A DNA stretch of 62,715 nt, counting the filler, from Syncephalis fuscata S228 (taxonomy: Eukaryota; Fungi; Zoopagomycota): assembly GCA_025786725.1 (NCBI GenBank). It is 3 parts of 3 records of this genome, joined end to end, with 100 filler letters (N's around TTAATTAATTAA, not from the genome) between each part and the next. Parts side by side here need not be neighbours in the genome. Positions count along the whole stretch, not along the records: positions 26,158 to 50,334 come from JAHLTZ010000132.1; 2 more parts are not named here. The stretch is one strand, 5' to 3'. Both the position numbers and the translations under genes were made by a program. Below are positions 27,540 through 40,650 of the stretch, piece by piece (positions within the stretch are counted from its first letter, which is position 1; each line of letters starts with the position of its first letter). A model generated the notes under the pieces. That model was not told the origin of the DNA and did no database searches. It was given only the letters and a program-made list of their open reading frames with translations.

Positions 27540-30038
27540 GCTGACCAACCAACCAACAATACACACAACAATAAACAAGTGTCATTAACTATTTATCTCA
27601 TAAATACTAAATACAAAAATAATTTGTCAATCTATTTATTCAACTTTTCAATCTACGCTACCATGATCTTATATCATTGCAATTGATTTTAATTGCGGTA
27701 AAATAATAAACATGATAGTAATCACCGTACACACATATGCATCAGTACTTTAATTGTGCCAATATAACACCTTCAGTATAATAAAAAAAATTGTTTATAG
27801 ATTTAACAATGTTTTTTATTAAACTATGAGCATGCATACTAGACTATACGCGGTACTAAATAAACTACTACATTATCATTGCTATGTTTTACCATGCTCA
27901 TTACTGTCCATATGACTCATATAGATTATATGCTCGACTTGACGTCATTTCGTTTTATTTTACTTTTCATACTAGAAACATAGCTGTAGGCCAAGTATAT
28001 AGCATACTATGACATTTAACTGATAAGGTGAAATGATATATAACAAAATGAATAGACAAAAAAGTGAATGACAGTGCTATAATATATTTTAAAGTACGCG
28101 TAGTTGAGATATACAAATAATATAACAGCAAAAAGATAATTTTTATCAATAAAACGTAGCCAATAAAACAGTATAGAACAAAATGAATGGACAAAAAAAC
28201 AATACACGAATAATACTAAGTTGTAGTATATGTAACTAAGTAACGTAAATGAGCGAAATAATTCGAGATCTATAACAAGTTGCAGCTAAAAATAAACAAA
28301 TAGCTTTTATACCTATATGTGGCCAGTAGGCAATATAATGATTTACAATATAATAAATAGGTAATAGGAAGAATATGTATAGCAAGGTTGAATTTACGAC
28401 GTATATGGCTCAATGAGTCGAAATGAGTTGAGATTTGTACTTGGAATAGGTAGCAGCAAGCAGACAATAGTTCTGAATACAGTGTGTGGTATACGATAAG
28501 ATGGTATACAAAATAAACACAGTCACACACAATGCTTTTTTACTTTTTTCTTTGCCAGAATGTGCCATTTATTCCCCCCTCTCTCACTTTGCGCTCAGAG
28601 ACATACCTTTGGCACACGCAGATAAATAAATTGATAATAATAATAGTAGTAATAATATCGGCCAGCTTTTTCAATAGCTAGTGATAGCACCAATCGTTAG
28701 TTGTCAATTCGATTTTGCTCGATTGTTTCCCGTTGTGTACTCCAAATGCCTATGAACTTTAGGATGGTCAATCACTAGTTAAGTAGGCCAGCGCGCTCTA
28801 CCGCACTATGAGAAAACACCGTCTTGGTTCAATACCTATTCTAAGCCAGCAATATTGGCCTGTTCGCAAATGATTACTCAGGCATTTGATTGTAGTCTGC
28901 GCGGGTGATCAATACACATACTACAGCAGCCGTTTTGGCTGTTGCGTGTGCGTGTATTGATTGTTAACGCATCCAGACCATGATGAAACTTGTCTGCTAC
29001 CTTTAAACGACACTTTAATGATGCGAGCATCCTTTTTGCTTCTGATCAACCGTTGTACAGTTTAAACGCTATTATTTGGGTACTTTTGTTTGTGTCACGT
29101 TTATATATATATTGAAAGTAGCACGTATAAATTATTAAGTAAATCGAAAAATGATAACGTAGTATTTAAACTGGGATTTTGAATTTCTACGCACTTTAGG
29201 CTGAATATGCAGCGCTATTATAGTCCAAAGCATACAACACGTTTATTGATTGCCTATAGCAACATACAAAACACTACCTTTTCTTTCAGCTACAGCACAA
29301 AATAACTACGTAAATAATCTGACTAGTTTTGTTTAATAAATGTATAACAAGCAAATAATATATAATTTGGTGCCACTTTTCTCGCCTTACTAACTGTGCA
29401 AAAATAATATTAATATTTGCTTAATCAGCTGTAAAAGTATTTACACAAATAGTTTATTTAGACGTAAACACACACACACTTTATTCGTTATTTATTTTCT
29501 ATCTGTTTAATAAATGAAAACAATAGTTTCAATTACTACCAAGTGTACAGTCAATTTTATTGCAATTGATAAGCATAATATGTAGCACGTATATATTATC
29601 ATGTCGTAAATACTATAATGATCACTAATACAGCTATCCAACATCTCAGTGTATTAAAGTAACTATTTGTTAATATTAATGCAAGTTTATAAATCTGGTG
29701 TGTTTACATCCGTTATTTAAATCAAATAGTCTGCCAGTATGTATCAAGTTGCTATACATTAGAATGTGCCATCAATAGCTGGCCCCTTGTCGCAGCCCCC
29801 TTAAACAAACCGACGTACTAAGCATGGTTAATAGACAAGCATTATATTATCTACATGATCTCCTTTTACACGACACGCTATAGCAACCTATAACAAACAC
29901 ACATTGAAATAATTCACATTCATTCTAAAATTCTGTTGTCATGATACATGTTGGTCTTATACAATTGTCAATTCAATTCAGTAAATAGTTAATGATATAA
30001 TATTTACTCTACTACATTTTATAACTAATTACATCACA

Positions 30039-32255
30039 ATGTCGGCTTTCAATTCTAAAAGCCAGGAGATTGAACAGTCCATTCACAGCTTATTGCCAGA
30101 GAAACCGCAAGAACAAGATGCTTTCGCCGACCAGATTAATGATGATGACGACGATGAAAACTCGCCGTTTGAGATTGTTCGCGCAACAGTGAGCAACAAG
30201 GATGATCCGACCATGCCTACAATGACATTTCGATTTTGGATACTTGGGCTGTTTTTTACTGTTGTTCTTTCATTCATTAATCAGTTTTTTTGGTTTCGCG
30301 AGACGCCGTTAGTTGTTGGTATTCTTGTGGTTCAGCTACTGTCATATCCACTTGGTAAGGTAATGGCACATTTCCTGCCTTCAAAATACATTCATATTGG
30401 CCGATTAAGATTCTCAATGAATCCTGGGCCTTTTAACATCAAGGAACACGTACTTATCACTGCCTGTGCCAATGCCTCGGCCGGCACGGCATATGCAATT
30501 GATATTGTCACGATTAAACGCATATTTTACAAACAAGACCTGGGATTTTTACAATCCTTTGTGCTTGTAGTTACCACACAGTGTCTTGGCTACGGTCTAG
30601 CTGGCGTTTGTCGCCGATTTCTAGTTAGACCGGCTGCTATGATTTGGCCAGCAAATTTGGTAAACATTGCTCTTTTTCGTACATTGCACGAAGAGACTAG
30701 TATTACACGTAATGGCGAAACATCAACACATGGACCAACACGGATTCGCTTTTTTACAATAGCGGCAACGTGCAGCTTTGTCTACTACTTTCTTCCGGGT
30801 TTCTTGGCCCCATTTCTTACTACCGTTTCATTAATGTGCTACATTTTTCCCAATAACAAATTACTAAGTCAAGTCGGCTCTGGTTCCCGAGGACTTGGCT
30901 TTTTGGCTTTTACTCTTGACTGGAATACAGTCGTGTCGTTTTTGCTTTCTCCACTAATCACGCCTTTCTGGGCCGAATGCAACATTATAATTGGCTTCTG
31001 TCTTATCACTTGGTGTCTAATTCCAGCAGGCTTTTTCTCGGATATTTGGGATGCCAAAACATTTCCCATTATTTCCAGTAAATTGTTTACAAGTAATGGA
31101 AGTCGCTATGATACGCTATCATTGCTCAACAAAGACCTATCGCTTAATGAAGAAAGATACCAAGCCTACGGGCCCCCACATCTTTCCTTTTTCTTTGCTA
31201 TTACCTACGGCGTTGGATTTGCCACTTTAGCTTCAGTGATCATGCACACAGTACTTTATCATGGCCGTGATATTGTCAATAGATTGCGCGAGTCACGTAT
31301 GGCCAATGACGACATTCATGCAAAGTTAATGGATCGCTATCCTGAAGTGCCAGATGTTTGGTACATTGGCATTTTTGTACTGAATCTTATTTTGGCCATC
31401 ATTGCCTGCGAGCTTTTTGGATTGGATTTGCCATGGTGGGGCCTATTAATGGCAGTGCTTATGTCTGCCCTGTTTATACTACCCATCGGCATTATTACAG
31501 CAATCGCCAACCAAACTCCTGGACTGAATATTATCACCGAATTTGTCATTGGATTTATATTACCGGGCAAACCGATAGCCAATGTTACATTTAAAACGTA
31601 TGGCTATATATCAATGGCGCAAGGAATAATGCTACTTAGTGACTTAAAGCTGGGACATTATATGAAAATTCCTCCACGTCACATGCTTATTGCACAGACT
31701 GTGGGCACTATTGTGGCTGGCCTAATCAATCTTGCTACTGCCTATCTTATGTTTGATCTTATGCCAAATATTTGCCAGGAAACTGAAAAGGTCTGGACAT
31801 GTTCCAATGCCAATGTCTTTTTCTCTGCGTCAGTAATTTGGGGCGTGATTGGGCCTAACAGAATGTTTGGTTCTGAGGGACACTATTCTGCGCTACTATG
31901 GTGGTTTCTTATTGGTTTGTTGCTACCAGTTCCATTCTGGCTACTATCTCGTCGTTTTCCAAATACCTGGCTTCAATACGTACATACGCCGGTAATACTG
32001 GGTGCCACAGCCATCATGCCGCCAGCACAGCCTGTTATGTATCCAACCTGGTTTCTTATTGGATTTATATTCCAGTTTGTTATATATCGCTACCAGCATC
32101 AATGGTGGAGTAAATATAACTATGTCTTGTCTGCTGCACTGGATTCAGGCGTGGCAATTGCAGGCATTATTATATTCTTTGCTTTCCAGTATCACTCCGT
32201 TGAACTGGAATGGTGGGGCACAAAGCAAGATTGTTATAATTTTAAAGTACTTTAA
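30039..32255 (+). CDS. OPT-family oligopeptide transporter (Isp4/OPT-like), intronless
   Basis: 738-aa ORF with SPFEIVRATVSNKDDP, NPGPFNIKEH and DLKLGHYMKIPPR. Confidence 0.97.
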   Translation: MSAFNSKSQEIEQSIHSLLPEKPQEQDAFADQINDDDDDENSPFEIVRATVSNKDDPTMPTMTFRFWILGLFFTVVLSFINQFFWFRETPLVVGILVVQLLSYPLGKVMAHFLPSKYIHIGRLRFSMNPGPFNIKEHVLITACANASAGTAYAIDIVTIKRIFYKQDLGFLQSFVLVVTTQCLGYGLAGVCRRFLVRPAAMIWPANLVNIALFRTLHEETSITRNGETSTHGPTRIRFFTIAATCSFVYYFLPGFLAPFLTTVSLMCYIFPNNKLLSQVGSGSRGLGFLAFTLDWNTVVSFLLSPLITPFWAECNIIIGFCLITWCLIPAGFFSDIWDAKTFPIISSKLFTSNGSRYDTLSLLNKDLSLNEERYQAYGPPHLSFFFAITYGVGFATLASVIMHTVLYHGRDIVNRLRESRMANDDIHAKLMDRYPEVPDVWYIGIFVLNLILAIIACELFGLDLPWWGLLMAVLMSALFILPIGIITAIANQTPGLNIITEFVIGFILPGKPIANVTFKTYGYISMAQGIMLLSDLKLGHYMKIPPRHMLIAQTVGTIVAGLINLATAYLMFDLMPNICQETEKVWTCSNANVFFSASVIWGVIGPNRMFGSEGHYSALLWWFLIGLLLPVPFWLLSRRFPNTWLQYVHTPVILGATAIMPPAQPVMYPTWFLIGFIFQFVIYRYQHQWWSKYNYVLSAALDSGVAIAGIIIFFAFQYHSVELEWWGTKQDCYNFKVL

Positions 32256-33043
32256 CGATCACCTTGACTGCATTTTCTTTATTGTTTTAATAAAGTTGAG
32301 AAATACAAAGTAGTTGTAATTAAACACTTTGTATTCGCAAAAAGCTCTAAAATACAAATAGCACACCAAATAGCAATTATCAATAAGTTATTTATTGCTA
32401 TCTTGAGTGCCAGAAAGTAATAACTTTTAAAATAATCATAATGTAATGATATGTAGAAACTATATTTAAATGTTTACTAGTATACCAATAATTATACGAT
32501 GTAATAACAAATTATTTGTGTATTAATTAATGCAAAAACAAAAATGATAAAAAGAGGAATAAAACACAAGATTGAATTATAACATGCTAATTAATGTTAA
32601 TTACTTTCATGCTATTCATTCTAAAGATATTTTCTTTAATCATCAGTCATTTTGTTTTATTCTTTATTTATCCTCCTCCTTTCATAGCAATTTTGTTTGC
32701 CTAGTGTTTTATTAACAAGAACACATACACATATGCTAGTCCATTCAATACATAAATTGTCAATTACTCAAGCTGAATATTACTACAATAATCAACCACT
32801 CCTTTTAGCCCAATGCAAACAAACAATTAATTATAGTGCTGATTATTACATGTTGAATCTATTTAGTTATTAAGTGTTTGTTTTTGTTATATTTTCTTAA
32901 AGTTTTAATAATGTATTTTTATTTTATGTAAATGAATAAATAGAAATGTGTGTATAGTTTAGTCTACGGATGGCAACAAATAGCTTTTTGTGCACATATT
33001 ATGTTGCTTATTAATATAACGTAATGATAGATAAGCAGGCTGT

Positions 33044-35324
33044 TTATTGAGTTGTCATACCCATAATAATTAGAATTCCTATTATCGTTCCTGTTTCAAG
33101 TGCCGCTGATAATACATAGTTGTAACGACTCCACCAGACGTGTCGGTACCTGTATATTATATATTGAAATACGAATGCTGCTATAATCCAGCTGTTGTAC
33201 ATGGCCGGTCGTGCCGGTGGCATCATTGCAGTAGCTGATAAAATAATTGGCGTGTGTACATAATTCCACCAGCTACGCGGAACCTTCGAGCCAGTAGCCA
33301 AAAAGGTAGCGGCATCAATGCACCTATAAGAAATGCCCATAACAACGTTGCATATCCGTTGTCGGGTGTTTCAAACAGTCGCTTTGGTCCTATTACGCCC
33401 CAAATGACCGAGGCTGCATAGAATACTCGTGGACTTTCGCACGTCCATCCGACCATTTCTTTGCTGCATAGACTTGGATATACGTGAAACATCATAAACA
33501 TTGTGGCCAAATTGATCGTTCCGGCCAGTAGCGTGCCAATTACTTGTGCCAAAAACAAATGACGTGGTGGGATTTTCATATAATGTCCTAGCTTCAAATC
33601 GGATAGAAATGATATTCCCTGATTCATACTAATGTAGCCATAGTTTTAAACGTCATATTGGCCACTGGATTACCTGGAATGATGTAGCCAATGATTAGCT
33701 CTGTTAGTATATTTAGTCCGGGTGTTTGGTTGGCTACTGCTGTCATGATACCAACTGGTACAATAAAAGTGCTGAAAGGCCCACTGCTAATATAACGCCC
33801 CACCACGGTAGTCCCAGCTGATATGCTTGGCAAATATAGATGCCACGCCTCCGTTGATCAGCAGAACGGCAATGTACCACCAACTGGGTACCTCTTTATA
33901 TTGCTTCATTAGGCGTGCGTGTACATCTTCGTGGCCGGCCCGTGCATCTTTTAAACGAGCCAATATTTCCCGGCCATGATAGAGCACCGTGTGTACTACA
34001 ACGACGATAGGGCAGCAAATCCGGCTCCATATGTTAATGTGAAAAAGTAGGAAAAATGAGCATTGCCTCGAGCTGCATACTTGTCCAAATCTAGTGTCAT
34101 TGTTTTTGGATTAAGTACTGCTGCTATATCGTATTCGTTGCCGGCATGATCGAGTACATCGGCACTAACAATTGGAAAGCGTTGTATATCCCACACATTG
34201 GTGTAATAGGCTGCAGGTAAAATGATCCAACAGATAACAACAAATCCCACGAATAAATTACAACTGGCCCAGAATGGCGTTACAAGTGGTGATCCCAAAT
34301 AAGCAACAATATTATTCCAATCAAGGGAGAATGACAACACGCCTAATCCTGTTGTGCCTGAGCCAATCTGATTCATTACTTGACTTTTTGGTGCTATTAA
34401 AGAAAGTATTGATATACTGCTTAGAATAGGAAAAAAATAGCCTGGAAGAAAATAGTATAATGCGCCAATAACAGTGGCAATAAGAAAAAAGCGCATACGG
34501 CTATTAAGTTTCCATCGGCTAACCTGTTGCTCTTGCGAACTACTATTATTGTTATTGTTGCTAGCATAATCTGTAATAGATGTGCCTGACAGTTCGGTCA
34601 TTTGGCGTTCACGTTCAATATCTTCATCTTCGTGCAATGCCCGTAACACGGCAACTGATACTAGATTGGCCGGCCATATCATTGCAGCAGGCCGAATTAA
34701 AAACCGATGGCATACACCCGCTAGACCATAACCAATACATTGAGTACTTAATATCAGTAGCAGTCCGGCAACAAACGGCAATGGCTGGTTATAAAATACG
34801 CGCCGTACAACTACAATGTCCACAGCATACGCCACAAAAGACGCCGAGTTGGTACATGCTGCAATAAGCGTGTGTTCTTTAATGTTGAACGGTCCAGGAT
34901 TTAATTGTAAACAGCAAAATCCTAAATTGATTTTGGCATCTGGCAAACGAGCCAGCAATCTGCCAAGTGGAAATGACACAAGCTGCACTACAATTGGTGA
35001 TATAAATATAACATTATCACGAAAAGCCACGATTTGATTGATAAAAGCAAGTGTACACGTAAAGAATAGACTAATGGCCCAGAAACGAAATGTAAGCGTT
35101 GGTAGTGTTGGATCATCTTTGTTGCTAACGGTAGCCCGTACAATTTCAAATGGCGAGTCTTCTTCATCTAATACAGCCATGGATTCAAGCGTATCGTCAT
35201 GATAGGCGGCATCTGCATAATGATAAAGATGTTCGTCTATGTCATCATTATTGCGGTTGGATGCATCGGCTGATGTTGCGTACAAGCTCGATTCACGGCT
35301 AGTTTGCCGCCGCTTGAACAGCAT
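33044..35324 (-). CDS. Second OPT-family transporter, broken by several frameshifts (error or pseudogene)
   Basis: The same OPT motifs are spread over 5 consecutive ORFs. Likely ATG at 35324; the 3' end is uncertain. Confidence 0.85.
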
Positions 35325-36928
35325 GCCGATAAACGGCCGAAATGATTTAAACAGCGTTGAGGTAGAAATGGTAGAAAACACGTGCAATTAAACTCTTATT
35401 GCTATTACTGCTGTACGGTGTTGTTGCTAATAGTTGTTGTTGTGAATAAACAAATAATTAGCTAAATATAACATTATTGATTCTCCGATAAACTCCATTT
35501 GTAATATAGTGATTGACAAGTGTAAATGGCTAATTTACGTATTTACAAATGCAATAATATAATAATATAAACAATAGTAAACACAGCACTAATATAAGCC
35601 CAACAAAGACATTGGCCGTTTGTATTAACAGATCACATGTACCACCACCGCTTAGAAAGTAATGCTTACCTTAGACAGGACGATAGATATGGTAGATTAT
35701 TATGCAATGATTTAAAGTAATTATACTTTAGACATACAAAACAACAATTGGCGGTTAGAGTTAGTCGTTCTATTTGTCCTCCTGTTGCAGATTTGTACAG
35801 CTGCGTATGCACCTACGTGTAAATACTTTTGGCAACGCAATGGCTTTACACTGTTGCGGAGATAGTTGACAATTGTAATGTCAGAATTAACGGCCACTAA
35901 AAGAGAAAAGTGCCAAAAATGCAAGAATAGAAGAATAGCACAAAATATTAATAGAAATGTCACTTAAAAGTCATTAAAGTGGCCGTCCATTAATGCAAGA
36001 AGTCTGCAAGCTGTAAATGATAAAAGGAAAAGAAGATGGAAAATAATAATCTAATTGAATTGTGCCACCAGCACATTATAGAACATCTATACACACCCAC
36101 ACCAAACACCCACACGTAATTTCCATGGCTGTCAAGGCCATTAACTATTGATTACTGACGCAGCCTTGCACTCAAAGTGATACACGGGAGATTGTGTGTG
36201 TATGTGAGGCAGCGAACGAAAAGAGGGGAACAAGTTATGTAGAGATGAAAAAGGCAGCACGCGTACGACCATGTTAGAATTACTCTAAGGCATCAAATGG
36301 ATATGACTGTGAGTTTCATGTTCGATATTTTCTTCTCGTCAGCCGAACGTGATCGCTCGACCGATTAAGCTATAGTTGGCCTAGTAGATAATGCGTCGCA
36401 GCCTCGACCATAAACGATTAATGGCAACAAGGCCATGTTGCTGTTGCTGCCATTGTTGCTGTTGAGATATTTACGCATCAAATGGCCAATCTTGACAAAG
36501 ATGCAATGTCCTATCATATGTGCTACCGTGGATTGGCTTTAAAGATTAGTACTTGGTTTGTTGTATAGAACTGTCTATTAGCATAATTAGATACATTCTA
36601 AGAATAGCAGTACCATACTAATGCCCATCTCTCCGTCTCCCCTTTTCTCTATCTATATAGTAATAGTAGTTTATGACTGCTTCTTCCGTGCATTGTAGCA
36701 GTGAACAGTTTTCATAAATGTACTGCGTGTTTATAGATATTTATGGTAAGCTCTTACGCAAATGTTAACATGTGAATTGGTGGTACATGTTGCTATGCGT
36801 AAAAGCATTTTAAAACTCTAGCCTTTTTACGCCTATAATTCAAACTATTAGTGCTACTTATACTGTATTTCTTAATAAACATAAAACAATGATGCAAATA
36901 GTTTAATTTATAATGATTTGTTAATATA

Positions 36929-37876
36929 TTAATTGTCTTCATTGTCACTACTGCTACTACTATTGCTGGTTGCTGTATTTGTGTCTTCTTCAGTTTGCCA
37001 TCCATCACCGAGGTCATGGCCTGGTAGCTGCTCAGTGTTGTTATGTATTTCGTTGGGTGCCGCTGAGAAGGTTGGCTGTTCGGATAATATGCCGTAACAG
37101 CCTTCTAAATCTAGCCAACGTAATTGAGGACAAGATTCGCGTAAAGTAGCAACAGCCTCATCGGTGATCATTTCACAACTTTGAAGACTAAGCCATTGTA
37201 ACGATTGACAGCCTTTGGCCAGTTCTATTATACCATCATCTGTTACTTCAGTATCTGTTAAATCGAGTTTAATAAGCTGTGGACACCATTGTGCAATGGC
37301 TATGACAGCAATATCCGTAATATAGCAATTGGCCACTGATAGCTGGCGCAGACTTGATCCACACCAGCTAACGATGGTGGCAAGTGATTGATCACGTATT
37401 GGCGTCCAACATATATCCAAATCACTTATGCCCAATCGTCGTGGCTGTTCGTTATCCGCCGACGATGGCCTATTCGTGTCATGCGATGAAGCTATCGCTG
37501 ATGACGACGCGGTACAGCTATTACCAATTAATTCATTTTGTTTCGACGTATCTAATAATGATTCGTCAAGATTCGTTGCATAACGCATTATAAACGCCAA
37601 TAGCTCTTTGTCCGATAGTTGCTGCCATCTATGAGCAATAAGCGATAGGTCAATTGAGCGTATCCAGCGACCACGCGAAGCGGGTACTCTACGTTGAAAC
37701 TGACGTAACTGCTCGACTGACGTGAATTCAGGCATGTAGTAAAGCCACGGCAGTGCTGCATCTCGAAATGCACGCGATGCATAGATTAACTGAGATAGCG
37801 TTGTTTGTTCCGAGTACGCGGCCACATAGCTAAGTAGCTCGAGTGGCAATGAGCGTGGTGGCAATGACGATAGCAT
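36929..37876 (-). CDS. F-box/leucine-rich-repeat (cysteine-containing LRR, FBXL/RNI-like) protein
   Basis: N-terminal LPLELLSYV F-box pattern and repeats LxxLxLxxCxxITD. Confidence 0.88.
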   Translation of the reverse strand: MLSSLPPRSLPLELLSYVAAYSEQTTLSQLIYASRAFRDAALPWLYYMPEFTSVEQLRQFQRRVPASRGRWIRSIDLSLIAHRWQQLSDKELLAFIMRYATNLDESLLDTSKQNELIGNSCTASSSAIASSHDTNRPSSADNEQPRRLGISDLDICWTPIRDQSLATIVSWCGSSLRQLSVANCYITDIAVIAIAQWCPQLIKLDLTDTEVTDDGIIELAKGCQSLQWLSLQSCEMITDEAVATLRESCPQLRWLDLEGCYGILSEQPTFSAAPNEIHNNTEQLPGHDLGDGWQTEEDTNTATSNSSSSSDNEDN

Positions 37877-38145
37877 ACTATAGCTCGTCTTTTACTCAAC
37901 ACTTGGTATAGACCAATATTTACCTTACTATAGCCACTCAAGTCAGTCCACAAGTTAGACTAAGATTGGTTAGCAATGAACTAAATAGTTAAACGAATAA
38001 ACGGTTGCTGAAGTACTTTTGTTTTTATTTTCATTTTTATTTATTTTAGAAAGTTTACAAGCTTTGTTTATTTAATTGCATAAATGTATTATCATGTAAC
38101 ACTACTATACATTCTTTATTAATAATTCATTAGCATTTATTATAA

Positions 38146-38572
38146 TTTGATGGTCAAATGACCAATATTTAATAACGCCCAATCTATTGAACATGATGAT
38201 GGGTGGTGAGTGACATTAGTTATCAAATACTCGTCATCATAGATTCGTTATCCAGTATGCATATATCCACCATTTACCTATATCATTCCCATTCTGTCCC
38301 ACACTACTATGTATCATTCTACGATACACTAGACACATTTTATTGTTTATATATTCTAATATACTTTACTCATTCCACTCATTACGTTATATGTACTACA
38401 ACTTTACCATTGATTATACCATTTTCATTATACATTTATCATTCTATATATCACTCTATACCCACCTAGCATTACTCTATCCAATGCTATTTTTATTTTT
38501 GCTCTAGCTTTATCATTAATAAATTTCGGCTAAGTTCACTCATCTGTTCATGCATATATGCTCATTAACTTA
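38146..38572 (-). repeat. Dispersed repeat family B copy
   Basis: Reverse complement of 10290-10730. Confidence 0.8.
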
Positions 38573-38689
38573 TTCGCTTTTTCAGTCATCAAACTATATG
38601 CAATTGGAACTTGTAGTAATAAAATTTGTCTAGTATATCATAAAATGCTATATAGTAGTGTGAGTATACAGTGATAATCATATGTATGT

Positions 38690-38835
38690 ATACTGTATAT
38701 ATGCATACTAAATAATAAATCTACAATAATGAGTATTTGATAATTAATGTTATTCACCACTCATCGTCATGTTCAGTAGATTGAATATGCAGTTCAATTA
38801 TGCAAATGTTATTAAATATAGCTATTTGACCACCA
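38690..38835 (+). repeat. Partial family B copy, inverted relative to 38146-38572
   Basis: tatatgcatactaaataataaatctacaataatgagtatttgataa...tttgaccacc matches the family B 3' end. Confidence 0.75.
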
Positions 38836-39123
38836 ATCTAATACAACTACCACTCTATAGATATCATGCTATTAGTTTCTACAATCAAAACTGTCTCGCT
38901 TTCAGCCTTCCATGCTTTTTCTGCTATTTAAATCACTCTGTTTTTTTGTTCTGCCACTGCGCTCGCAGTCATTCTAGTATCTGTCACATTTAGAGGAGTA
39001 TGTTTGTTTTATCCATGTTTTGTTTAGCTCCTGTATTTCATTATATGTAATAAATCAACACAACTAATAGATAATTATCGTTGTCTTTATTTATTTATGC
39101 CACGCTGATTAATGTTGGCCAGT

Positions 39124-39760
39124 GGGAGCTACTGTACTTTGACTCTTACATTTTTTATTTACTCATTTCATCCCTTCACTTTTGAATACAATTAAACACT
39201 CATTCATCACTATAACATGTATAATATTGCATCTAACATTAATTGATTCATGTGTAATTATCAATACAATAATTTAATTAATTAGTTATTTTTATTATTG
39301 CTTTAATATATATATATTGTCATTTATTTAGTTAGATTGGCTATAGCGGGAATGGCTGTTTAATAAACAATATTTATAATAATTATATTAATCTTGAGTT
39401 TACATCACAAATATGCTTAAAATGCAATAGTAGAACATTAAAATATAAAATAGACTATTTAGATGCAATAATTCATGTTGTATGTAGCAACAATAACAAC
39501 AAATGCGGAACGATGTGAAATTGCAACCATATGGCTTCTATTAATATTCGATAAATCTTTCTACACATGGTCATCAACAACAATGATCAACCGCAAATGT
39601 TTTAAAGAAATCAAATGGTATGTTACATATGTATTCAAACCAGTTTATTAAAACAGTATTTTAATAGGAAGTAATATAATTATGCTATGCATAGCAATAC
39701 AACTTGATTGGAATAAATTGTGCTTTGGGGACAGATGTGGGAGTCAAAGTAAAATGCAAC
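39124..39760 (+). mobile_element. MITE-like repeat family A, copy 2
   Basis: Starts gggagctactgtactttgactc and has the inverted atgtgggagtcaaagta near the right end. Shares aattgtgctttggggacagatgtgggag with copy 1. Confidence 0.65.
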
Positions 39761-40650
39761 CAGCCAGTGTAATAGAATAGTCTAATAACATGTCTAAATG
39801 ATAGTCAATATTTTGATTTCTCATTATTTCATTGCCACTTCACATGCATGCTGTGCCATGATCTCGTTTCATCTCTCGCCATCTCGTCGTCCATCCTTGT
39901 CGCTTAAGCCACCTCCACCACCTTGTCATCGTACAAACGAACAGCCCATTTTCTATTTCGTTTCTTTTCTGGCGTCACTCTTTGAAAACATCCGTGCGTG
40001 TTGTAAATCAGCTAGTCTCTATCGTCTTCGCGCTACTCTATCTGTGTGCGTCTATGCGTGTCCGTGGATAGTGTGGCATATACGGCGGTCAACATACATA
40101 CACACACACCCTCCGCATACTTTTTACTAGGTCAATGAGCAAGTTTCGTCGCATCTATGTAAGTTTTAGTAATAAATAAGCATAAAAACAAGGCCGGCTA
40201 CAGTCGGTAGATGCACAGGCGTTATAATCTTGGATTGGCCATGAACACTACTATGTAGATACTAGTGTTAAGACAATATTAGCTAGTACAGTATTTTATA
40301 TGTATTGTAAATCTTGTCGAACGACGGCAGCTTCCTCCCTAGATGGGTAGCACGCGCCACGTTATCTGTTGCACTCGTATTGGCCTTCATAAGCATAAAG
40401 TGATGGGCAGTATCAATGTGCCACAGTAAATAGCCATTCTAGTCTTTGTATTAATATTAAGAAGTTGCCACAAGATACTTACCAGTCCATTGTATATTGA
40501 TATAGATACGCTAGTATCGTATTATTAATTAAGCTATATAGCATCGAATAGCTAGTATTACACGTTGCCGATTTGATTATCTGCCTTCAACTATATTCAT
40601 CGCCAAATCTTGGCAGCCTACATAGTTGATAACAAAAGCTTGTTTGAAGA

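Noticed and set aside
28500-29100. GC-elevated intergenic stretch as a possible ncRNA
   Set aside because: No tRNA, snRNA or snoRNA motif was recognised; it may be promoter or UTR sequence.
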